A stretch of 20,914 nucleotides of DNA from Candidatus Hydrothermarchaeota archaeon (GTDB lineage Archaea > CAYFZR01): the NCBI GenBank assembly GCA_046760505.1, contig JBHIEG010000027.1:1-20914 (forward strand). Reading direction: 5' to 3'. The notes under the pieces were generated by a model that saw only the letters and a list, made by a program, of their open reading frames with translations, ran no database searches and was not told where the DNA came from. The position numbers were made by a program, and so were the translations under genes. Shown in pieces: positions 1 to 7,194 of this stretch (positions are counted from its first letter, which is position 1; each line of letters starts with the position of its first letter).

Positions 1-52
1 ATTCAGGGTCCTGTCTCATAGGAGTTCGAGGGTTCAAATCCCTCCCCCCGCA
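1..52 (+). tRNA. tRNA-Leu(CAG), 3' part only (cut by window start)
   Basis: Anticodon loop TTCAGGG, long variable arm (ctcataggag), T-arm GAGGG-TTCAAAT-CCCTC, acceptor 3' strand CCCCCGC plus discriminator A; no encoded CCA. Confidence 0.93.
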
Positions 53-169
53 CTTCTTAAGTGATTAAAACTGAAAATAATGAGTATTCCATAGAATGGT
101 CCTTGGTAGGACCTGTATGTAGGGATGACTAAAGATACCGAATGTAGAGATTGTACAGGAGGGTTTGAT

Positions 170-1105
170 ATGGAACTGGGCATTATAGGCCTCGGCAGGA
201 TAGGTGGAAATCTTGCTCTTCAATGCACAGAAAAGGGTATCTGGGTAGTTGGGAAGGCGAGAAGCCCAAAGCCTTATCTAGCAGATAAAAGCGTAAAAGT
301 AGTTGAAGAGTACGAAGAGTTCGTTAATTCTTTAAAAAAACCCAGAGTGATATTCCTGTCTCTTCCTGCCGGGAGAACAATAGACAATGTGTTAAAAGAA
401 CTCGTACCTCATTTAGATAAGGGGGATGTCGTCATAGATGGTGGAAATTCTTACTACAAGGATTCTATCAGGAGAGAGGCCGAGCTTTCTAAACTCGGAA
501 TTCATTTCGTCGATTGTGGAACCAGTGGAGGAGTTGAAGGCGCTCGTAATGGCGCTTGCTTCATGGTTGGCGGTAGGTATGAAGGCGTTAAACTCTGCAA
601 ACCTATATTAAAGGCTCTTGCTGTTGAAGGAGGATATCTACATACCGGACCTCCAGGAAGTGGGCATTTCGTAAAGCTAGTACACAACGGTATTGAATTC
701 GGTATGTTCCAAGCAATAGGCGAAGGGGTTGAACTCTTGAAGAGGAGTAACTTTAATCTCAATCTTGAAGAAATATTCAGGAACTGGTCAAACGGCTCTG
801 TAATTAGGGGCTGGTTAATAGAACTGATGGAAAGAGGTTTAAGGGAGATAGATGATCTCGCTGAGATTCCTGATTATGTTGAGGATACCGGAGAGGTAAA
901 CTGGCTTGTTCAAGAAGCTATAGAAAAAGAGATTCCTATCCCGGTTATTACCCATTCAGTTATCGAGCTTTTTAGATCTAGGGAAGGAGAAAACAACTCT
1001 GCTAGGGCAATAGCCATAATGCGCCATGGTTTTGGAGGACACCCATACGGTAGGGATGAATATATAGCTAAAGAGAGAAAGACCAGCAGAATTCATCCTA
1101 TCTAA
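170..1105 (+). CDS. gnd: 6-phosphogluconate dehydrogenase (decarboxylating), short GntZ/YqeC/GndA type
   Basis: GIIGLGRIG Rossmann motif, IDGGNS, VDCGTSGG, GHFVKLVHNGIE catalytic Lys/Glu, C-terminal FGGH. Start moved from 125 to ATG 170 (AGGAGGG SD just upstream). Confidence 0.9.
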   Translation: MELGIIGLGRIGGNLALQCTEKGIWVVGKARSPKPYLADKSVKVVEEYEEFVNSLKKPRVIFLSLPAGRTIDNVLKELVPHLDKGDVVIDGGNSYYKDSIRREAELSKLGIHFVDCGTSGGVEGARNGACFMVGGRYEGVKLCKPILKALAVEGGYLHTGPPGSGHFVKLVHNGIEFGMFQAIGEGVELLKRSNFNLNLEEIFRNWSNGSVIRGWLIELMERGLREIDDLAEIPDYVEDTGEVNWLVQEAIEKEIPIPVITHSVIELFRSREGENNSARAIAIMRHGFGGHPYGRDEYIAKERKTSRIHPI

Positions 1106-1165
1106 CCAATTTCTCAATTTTTATCATGGAATGCTTGCACACATGCTTTTGGTTATATGGGAAAT

Positions 1166-2896
1166 CTACAATCCTACCTTCTCCCTGTAAAGCGTGAGCA
1201 TTTTTTCTATGTCTTCTTTCTTAAGTTTCCCTGTCATGCTTGGAGTTTCAAAGAATCTGGATGGAATTTTTATTTTATCTAAAGTGAATCCTTCTCTCTT
1301 TTTAAATTCCCACTTTGTTTTCCAGTTCTCTTTACCAATGCTCCAGAGATCCTCTTTAGTTTTTTCTATTCCCACAGAATCCAGAGTCTGCAAAACTATT
1401 TCTTCAGTGTATATGTTTCTCGCGAAAAGACATATGATCAATGAATTAACCAGACACCTCCAGTACTCTTCATTTATGATCTGTTCAACTTGCTTTTCCA
1501 AGGGTGTTTGAGCCGAGGCTGCCTTCTGATCTATGCTGTATCCTGCGTTATCAAGATGAGAATGCCTTGCTCCTACGATCTGACCCACTATGCTAGATGC
1601 ACCTGTGTGGTATCCTGAAACCTCCAACCCTCCTAAGGTCATACCGAATTCCTCTCCACCCCAGTGCTCTGATGAGTGATCTATCCCTTTCGCTAGTTCC
1701 TGATAGAAATGATTTTTTTGGAGTATTATATTGTCGATTGCCTTTGAATAACTCTCGGCATTGTCCCATGCAAGGGGGATTCCTAGGGTCTCACTCGCTG
1801 AAATGAGATCTTTCTCGTACATCTCAGTTGCCCAGGCAAGGCATACGCCCGTGCTCATCGCATCCAAGCCGTATCTCTCGCATTTTTCTATGAGCATGAG
1901 CACCTTCGAAGAATCTGTCATCCCCAAGAGAGATCCTAGAGCGTAGATTGGCTCATAATCATATGACATGTGAACAGTAGCATACTCATGCTGAGGAGCA
2001 TACAAAAACCTCATTGAGGCTATATGGATACATCCTACTGGACAAGGAATGCAAGCAGTTTTTCTAGTGAGATGTTTTTCGGCAAAAGTTTCTCCAGATA
2101 TGTGTTGGGCATGCGCAAATTGAGAAGATTTGAAGTTCCTTGTGGGCAATGCTTTAAGGTAGTTGAGGGGAAGAATGTTTGCTGAAGTACCAAGATCGTG
2201 GTATTTCTCCATGATGTCTGTATTAACGGTTATATTCATTACGTTTCTCCAGATTTTATTGAATTTGGTCATGTCTGGCGGTTTGAATTCTTTCTTTCCC
2301 GAGATTACAATACCCTTTAAGTTTTTACTGCCAAAAACAGCGCCAAGACCTAATCTACCGAAGTGTCTGTAGGAGTCCACGATTACGGAAGCATACCTAA
2401 CTCCTTTTTCCCCGGCAGGACCTATTCTAATTATGCTTCTTCTCCCGGCGCCAGGCTCTCTTTCCCTCAGTATACGTCCTACCGCGTAAGTGTCCTTTAT
2501 GCCCCAGAGAAGGGTGGCATCCTTGAATCTTATATCGTCATCGTGTATGGAAAGATAAACAGGCGTTTCAGACCTTCCTTTTATGACAATTGCTTCATGA
2601 CCGCTGAATCTCATCGCGGCTGCTAGTCTACCCCCGGCATATGACTCGCCGTATTCATTTGTAAGGGGAGACTTAAATGTTGCAACCACCTTGGTGCACA
2701 TGGGAAATAGCCCGCTAAGAGGTCCTATTGCCAGCACTATTACGTTTTCAGGGGATAGGGGATCTATGTTCTTGGGGCATTCTTCTAGCAATAGTTTTGC
2801 CGCGGCCCCAACTCCACCGAGATGTATTTCTTCTATGTCTTCTCTTTCCCTTTCCTCGTAATCATGATTCTCGAGATCAATATAAAGAACCTTCAT
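1166..2896 (-). CDS. aor: Aldehyde:ferredoxin oxidoreductase family (tungstopterin) catalytic subunit
   Basis: KSPLT..GES..GG, IGPAGE, GRLGLGAVFGSKNLK, CxxCxxxC (ACIPCPVGC), GLDAMS, C-terminal ICLF. Start placed at MKVLYID (2896), overlapping the upstream gene stop as ATGA. Confidence 0.92.
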   Translation of the reverse strand: MKVLYIDLENHDYEEREREDIEEIHLGGVGAAAKLLLEECPKNIDPLSPENVIVLAIGPLSGLFPMCTKVVATFKSPLTNEYGESYAGGRLAAAMRFSGHEAIVIKGRSETPVYLSIHDDDIRFKDATLLWGIKDTYAVGRILREREPGAGRRSIIRIGPAGEKGVRYASVIVDSYRHFGRLGLGAVFGSKNLKGIVISGKKEFKPPDMTKFNKIWRNVMNITVNTDIMEKYHDLGTSANILPLNYLKALPTRNFKSSQFAHAQHISGETFAEKHLTRKTACIPCPVGCIHIASMRFLYAPQHEYATVHMSYDYEPIYALGSLLGMTDSSKVLMLIEKCERYGLDAMSTGVCLAWATEMYEKDLISASETLGIPLAWDNAESYSKAIDNIILQKNHFYQELAKGIDHSSEHWGGEEFGMTLGGLEVSGYHTGASSIVGQIVGARHSHLDNAGYSIDQKAASAQTPLEKQVEQIINEEYWRCLVNSLIICLFARNIYTEEIVLQTLDSVGIEKTKEDLWSIGKENWKTKWEFKKREGFTLDKIKIPSRFFETPSMTGKLKKEDIEKMLTLYREKVGL

Positions 2897-3315
2897 GACT
2901 CTATTACCTCTACTTTTTCGAAGGCAATCACATCGTGGGGGCATATTTTTGCACACTGACCGCAGTGAGTGCATATAAGGGGCTTATTCTCATCTGGATC
3001 CCAGAATACTGCTCCTATTATGCATGCTTCAACGCAATCCCTACAACTGGTACATTTTTCTGGAATCAATTTAACCCCAATATTACCTTCTCTTGGAACT
3101 AATGCGCCTGTTGGACATGCCTTAGCACATGGCGCTGGATCAGGACATGCTCTGCATGCAATTACCACAAAATCTCCTTCTAACCCTCCAGCAGTTTTTA
3201 CTTGGATTCTGGTCTTCACCTGAGACATAGTTCTTTGTCTGTATCTAGCGCATGCAAACATGCATAGTTGACAGCCTATGCATCTCTCCAGATTGACTAC
3301 GCGTATCTTTGAGAT
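2893..3315 (-). CDS. Multi-[4Fe-4S] ferredoxin-like subunit partnering the AOR; start codon non-canonical
   Basis: The frame extends upstream of the listed ATG 3261 as (I)SKIRVVNLERCIGCQLCMFAC, completing four Cys clusters (CIGCQLC, CRAC..PC, CTSCRDC, CTHCGQC..CP). Start inferred at ATC 3315 or ATA 3318. Confidence 0.85.
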   Translation of the reverse strand: MSKIRVVNLERCIGCQLCMFACARYRQRTMSQVKTRIQVKTAGGLEGDFVVIACRACPDPAPCAKACPTGALVPREGNIGVKLIPEKCTSCRDCVEACIIGAVFWDPDENKPLICTHCGQCAKICPHDVIAFEKVEVIES

Positions 3316-3402
3316 TATTTCCTTCCCCCCGATCCGAGTTCTAAATGAGTGATCAGAGATGTTTGATAAACTTTTTGTTACTAATCCTATTTTTATCTGA
3401 CC

Positions 3403-3576
3403 CTATTTATTGTATCTGAGGAAAGCTATATAGGCTACAATGAACATCAATATGAAGCCCACAACCGTTAGATCATGATACGCACGTACCGTATAGGTTG
3501 GACCGTAAATGACTACACCGCTTACAAATAAAGTGACTGTTATTAAAAGTCCAATAAACCTCAACTTGGAATTCAT
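3403..3576 (-). CDS. Small (57 aa) two-helix membrane protein, below ORF-track cutoff
   Basis: MNSKLRFIGLLITVTLFVSGVVIYGPTYTVRAYHDLTVVGFILMFIVAYIAFLRYNK*; two hydrophobic segments with basic ends; TATATA 20-25 nt upstream suggests leaderless expression. Confidence 0.7.
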   Translation of the reverse strand: MNSKLRFIGLLITVTLFVSGVVIYGPTYTVRAYHDLTVVGFILMFIVAYIAFLRYNK

Positions 3577-3718
3577 GTCTTTAAACCATTCATTCAGATA
3601 TATATTCTATTCTCGGCATATTTTTAAAAAACGATATTTCTAAATAAAATAATTTTTAGATTTAAATAAAACAATAAAATCTAACTGGTTACAATTGAAC
3701 TAAAAATATATGACGTCC

Positions 3719-3745
3719 GTCTGACAAAAAGAACGCATATATTAA
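3719..3745 (+). promoter_or_regulatory. Promoter-like motif copy A (GTC-N-GAC palindrome, A-tract, CATATAT)
   Basis: gtctgacaaaaagaacgcatatattaa; 20/27 ungapped identity to 4034-4060. Confidence 0.4.
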
Positions 3746-3820
3746 ATTTTTTTTGATTTTTTCTCGCATATAACAATCTTAGGAGAAAATAATAATAAAA
3801 TTATTTTTATATTTAAAGGT

Positions 3821-3880
3821 GAGGGTACCTCGGGCTTCCCATCCCTCTCACTCGGTGCCCTCCCTCATTCTCTGATTTTT
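3821..3880 (+). ncRNA. Candidate small RNA (GC-rich hairpin)
   Basis: GAGGGTACC (3821-3829) pairs with GGTGCCCTC (3854-3862) with one U-G pair; 24-nt pyrimidine-rich loop; T-run at 3876-3880; embedded in very AT-rich DNA. Confidence 0.4.
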
Positions 3881-4033
3881 GATATATGAAATAAAATTTT
3901 ATCATAGAAAAAACTATTAACGAGTAGTCTCCTGCTCCACATTTTTAGAATAATTTTTCACAGGAAGATTTTCCAGAAAGATTTTTTTTCTAAACGATTG
4001 TTTCACAGGACTTTTTTAGGCATCTGATTTAGT

Positions 4034-4060
4034 GTCCGACAAAAAATTACCATATATGAA
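4034..4060 (+). promoter_or_regulatory. Promoter-like motif copy B, upstream of the 249-aa orphan
   Basis: gtccgacaaaaaattaccatatatgaa; matches 3719-3745; ends about 50 nt before TTG 4109. Confidence 0.45.
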
Positions 4061-4108
4061 CCGATAAAGACTTCTACCAGTTTCATCATAATGTTAAGAG
4101 TGATCTAA

Positions 4109-4858
4109 TTGGGAGGTCATAGATTAAGCGATGAAGACATGAAACTGGTGGAGGAATTTTCGAATTGTTATGATGTAGTGAAAAATCTGCCAAAGTTTCT
4201 TTATGCGCAGTATGAACTCGGAGATTTGGGAGAAGTTACCGAAGAGATAGGAAAAGATCTTAAAAGACATTTATCTGAGAAAATAGACTCTAAAGAAGTT
4301 GAAAAAATAATTTCTGAGTCAATAAAAGAGATAGAAACTAGAAGAAAAGTTTTTGGACTATATGAAGTAGTTCCTTATTTCAGGAGGAAGGAAATTGATT
4401 TTCTGATAAATCTCCACAAAAAAGCGTTAGATGTTTCAATTCTTGTAGTTTTAAATGCGGAAGGCATAATATCTTTACCAAAGGAGAAAGAAGAATCTAT
4501 AAAAAATAAAATTTGGCTAGGAATAGAGTTAAAGATGTATGCCATGCTTGGAGGAATCGAAATACCTGACGCATCTACTTTTTCAAACGAAATAATTGGA
4601 AAGATATCCAAAGAATGCGTAAATATTTTGTACTCACGAATAAAAGAAGACAGAGAAAAGTACCTCAGACATGTTCTGAGTGTGCTCGACTTCAAACAAA
4701 AGGTCGCACTCTATGATTTGGATGAGGATCTATGGCGTTTTTTTGTTGTAATAGAGGCTGTAAGATTACTTGATGTTACGGGGGAGTTTGTACACGATTT
4801 GATTGAACTTTCTGAATTGCTGATGAAATTAGAGGTAATAGAGAAAGAGTTACCATAG
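4109..4858 (+). CDS. Hypothetical protein, probably alpha-helical, family not recognised
   Basis: 249-codon ORF with host-like E/K/I-rich composition; TTG start after GAGTGA (alternative ATG 4139). Confidence 0.8.
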   Translation: MGGHRLSDEDMKLVEEFSNCYDVVKNLPKFLYAQYELGDLGEVTEEIGKDLKRHLSEKIDSKEVEKIISESIKEIETRRKVFGLYEVVPYFRRKEIDFLINLHKKALDVSILVVLNAEGIISLPKEKEESIKNKIWLGIELKMYAMLGGIEIPDASTFSNEIIGKISKECVNILYSRIKEDREKYLRHVLSVLDFKQKVALYDLDEDLWRFFVVIEAVRLLDVTGEFVHDLIELSELLMKLEVIEKELP

Positions 4859-5117
4859 AAGGGGGTTTTAAAGTATTTTATACTGAATTTACACTATTTT
4901 ACCCTATCACCCCCTTTCTAAACCCCCATATAATAAACGGAGACGGTAAAGATAATTTTAGTCCAAAATTATATTATCTATCCTCTACTCCTCTCTAAAC
5001 CCTAGAAGGGGGCTTTATATAATTTATACTCAAATTATTCTACCTTACCTTGTCACCCCCTCTCTACACCCCCTTATAAAATAGAGGGTGGAAATAGGGT
5101 GAATAAAAAGTTTAGAA
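4856..5117. repeat. Tandem array of ~72-bp imperfect repeats plus an inverted partial copy
   Basis: Units 4856-4927 and 5003-5073 align at about 58/72 by hand; the middle unit is degenerate but ends ctctctaaaccc; 5076-5117 resembles the unit 3' half inverted. Confidence 0.8.
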
Positions 5118-5191
5118 CGGAAAAAGAGTAAAAAAGTAGAAAACAACCCTCTTGTCTCAGTAATAAAATAATTTTTGATAAAATTGCGGAT

Positions 5192-5227
5192 GCAACGAGC
5201 CACGTTGCCAAGATAAAAAATTATATA
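5192..5227 (+). promoter_or_regulatory. GCAACG-N5-CGTTGC palindrome followed by BRE/TATA of mobB
   Basis: Perfect 6-bp arms at 5192-5208; aaaaaaTTATATA at 5215-5227, 22 nt before ATG 5250. Confidence 0.5.
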
Positions 5228-5249
5228 TGATCCCTCAGTTATATGTTCC

Positions 5250-5759
5250 ATGCATAAGAAAAGAACACCGCCAGTTGTTTCTATTGTAGGAAGATCTGGT
5301 TCTGGCAAGACATTTTTAATCGAGAAATTGATTAAAGAATTTAAAAAGAGAGGATATAAAGTAGGAACAATAAAACATCACTTTCACAAAGACTTTGAAA
5401 TAGATATAGAGGGTAAAGACTCGTGGAAACATGCAAAAGCAGGGTCTGATGCTGTAGTCATTTCTTCTCCTAGTAAATTTGCAATGGTGAAAAAGGTGGA
5501 AAAAGAGGCTTCTTTGGATCACATAATAGATAACTTCTTGCTAGATATGGATATTGTATTGACCGAGGGATTTACCAAAGAAAACAAGCCGAGAATTATA
5601 ATTTTAAAAAAGCCAGAGGATCTTGAAATTTTTTCTCTGGGGTTTGAGGTTCTGGCAGTTATAAACGAGAAGGGTTTTAGTGTGCCCTATCCAAGTTTTA
5701 AGTTTGATGAAACCCGTTTACTCGTTAATTTTATGATAGATAGACTCAAAATTGAGTGA
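5250..5759 (+). CDS. mobB: Molybdopterin-guanine dinucleotide biosynthesis protein B
   Basis: VSIVGRSGSGKT P-loop, GTIKHH, DIEGKDSWKH..AG, DIVLTEGF. Confidence 0.92.
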   Translation: MHKKRTPPVVSIVGRSGSGKTFLIEKLIKEFKKRGYKVGTIKHHFHKDFEIDIEGKDSWKHAKAGSDAVVISSPSKFAMVKKVEKEASLDHIIDNFLLDMDIVLTEGFTKENKPRIIILKKPEDLEIFSLGFEVLAVINEKGFSVPYPSFKFDETRLLVNFMIDRLKIE

Positions 5760-5873
5760 AAAATTTCTTCTCTATGTTTATTAAAGAAAAAAATTTTTTG
5801 AGAATAAAAAAGTTATTGGATGGAAGTCTCAAAAGATTTTTATCGAAGGTTATATTTTCTTATCAGCATGAGA

Positions 5874-6821
5874 ATGATCGGATTACAGGTAAGGATTTGG
5901 TTGACCGTGGTTGTCCTCTTTGGATTGCTCTATGCACTGATAAGCATAATAGCCTACGTTAGAGGAATCAGTGCCCCATTCTTCTACATAGTGCTTGCAC
6001 TGATTATAATTGGAATTCAGTACTTAATTGGTCCAAAGATCGTCGAAATGACAATGAGAATAAGGTACATTACTCCATCCGAGTATCCAAGGCTCTATTC
6101 CATGGTTGAGAGGCTTGCGAGAGATGCAAAGATACCGATGCCAAAGGTAGGGATATCTGAAATACCAATTCCGAATGCATTTGCCTTCGGAAGAACCAAG
6201 GGCGATGCGAGAGTATGTGTTACAAGAGAGTTACTCAACATCCTTGACGAAAAAGAGCTGGAAGCGGTTCTGGGACACGAAATATCCCACATTAAACATA
6301 GAGACGTGGTCGTGATAACTATGCTGAGCGTAATTCCATTGGTATGCTACTATGTTTTTCTTAGCACCTTGTTCTCCGGGGATCGAGAAAGCAGGGGGAG
6401 TACCGCGCTAATAGGAATCGCGGCTTTCATCTTGTACTTTGTAACGAACCTATTGGTACTATATGCTAGCAGGATAAGAGAATATTACGCTGATTCAGGA
6501 AGCGTGGAGCTGACAAAAAATCCAACTGCATTGGCATCCGCTCTGTATAAGTTAATCAGGGGTAGCGCGAGAGTTGATAAAACAACTCTCAAGCATGTCG
6601 AGGGACTAAAGGCTTTCTTTGCAAGCGACCCATCAAATGCAAGGAAAGAGATAACAGAGTTAAGTATGATGGACCTAGACAGAAGTGGAGACATAGATGA
6701 ATATGAGTTAAAAGCCTTTGGAGAAGCAGAGATAAAGTTGACCGCCTTTGATAAATTCTTAGAATTTTTGTCCACACATCCAAATCCTGCCAAGAGAATC
6801 CAAAGACTTGCCCACATGTGA
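5874..6821 (+). CDS. htpX: HtpX family membrane zinc metalloprotease (M48) with an EF-hand-like insert
   Basis: PNAFAFG, HEISH, SRIREYYAD, STHP..KRI; TM helices. Start probably 5874 or 5868 rather than 5820 (TTATAT at 5850-5855). Confidence 0.92.
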   Translation: MIGLQVRIWLTVVVLFGLLYALISIIAYVRGISAPFFYIVLALIIIGIQYLIGPKIVEMTMRIRYITPSEYPRLYSMVERLARDAKIPMPKVGISEIPIPNAFAFGRTKGDARVCVTRELLNILDEKELEAVLGHEISHIKHRDVVVITMLSVIPLVCYYVFLSTLFSGDRESRGSTALIGIAAFILYFVTNLLVLYASRIREYYADSGSVELTKNPTALASALYKLIRGSARVDKTTLKHVEGLKAFFASDPSNARKEITELSMMDLDRSGDIDEYELKAFGEAEIKLTAFDKFLEFLSTHPNPAKRIQRLAHM

Positions 6822-6831
6822 GGTAATCGAT

Positions 6832-7194
6832 ATGAAAGATGTCACGAATTTGTTGAGTGATTCAAAATCCAAGATTATACAACGCTGCATCGGAAGCGGT
6901 GGTTCGATTCTAGGCATAAAAATTCCAGAGTTCTATGGAGTTTTAATAGAAGACAAAGAATTCGCAAACGACTTAGCGAAAAGAGTAGAGGAGAAATTTG
7001 GGGTAAGGGGATACATCTCAACCGATGAACTGCCTGCATACGGCATTTCAAAGAAAGAGAAAGAAGAAATAGAAAGAGCCTTTGATGTAAAAGGCGAGGA
7101 TGTAGTGATCCTTGTTGCAACCGAAAGAGAAAAGGGAGAAGATGCACTGAGGTTCATTGTGAATGAAATCGAGGAATACAAGGTGATCAGATAA
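6832..7194 (+). CDS. Stand-alone GAD domain protein (similar to the AspRS-like insertion domain of GatE)
   Basis: DVT..SKII, GYISTDELPAYGIS.. and DVVILVA..AL resemble GatE GIFHTDELPAYGIT and DAVVMVA; GAGGT SD before ATG 6832. Confidence 0.8.
   Translation: MKDVTNLLSDSKSKIIQRCIGSGGSILGIKIPEFYGVLIEDKEFANDLAKRVEEKFGVRGYISTDELPAYGISKKEKEEIERAFDVKGEDVVILVATEREKGEDALRFIVNEIEEYKVIR

Noticed and set aside
39-3331. tRNA-Leu-anchored island bounded by tccctccccccg (39-50) and tccttccccccg (3320-3331)
   Set aside because: Only an 11/12 low-complexity match that doubles as the ferredoxin SD on the - strand; no integrase; no clear composition shift relative to the kor genes
3821-3866. SECIS, H/ACA guide RNA or IS605 end on the - strand
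   Set aside because: No GAA/A internal loop, the tail is ACC not ACA, there is no pseudouridylation pocket and no tnpB; no in-frame TGA in neighbouring genes
4856-5117. CRISPR array
   Set aside because: Units are ~72 bp, degenerate along their whole length, with no unique spacers and no cas genes
5045-5308. 87-aa - strand ORF, and the many short ORFs antisense to or nested in long genes (e.g. 4375-4695, 9201-9578, 14202-14585)
   Set aside because: Shadow frames of well-supported genes or of the repeat region, with no motifs
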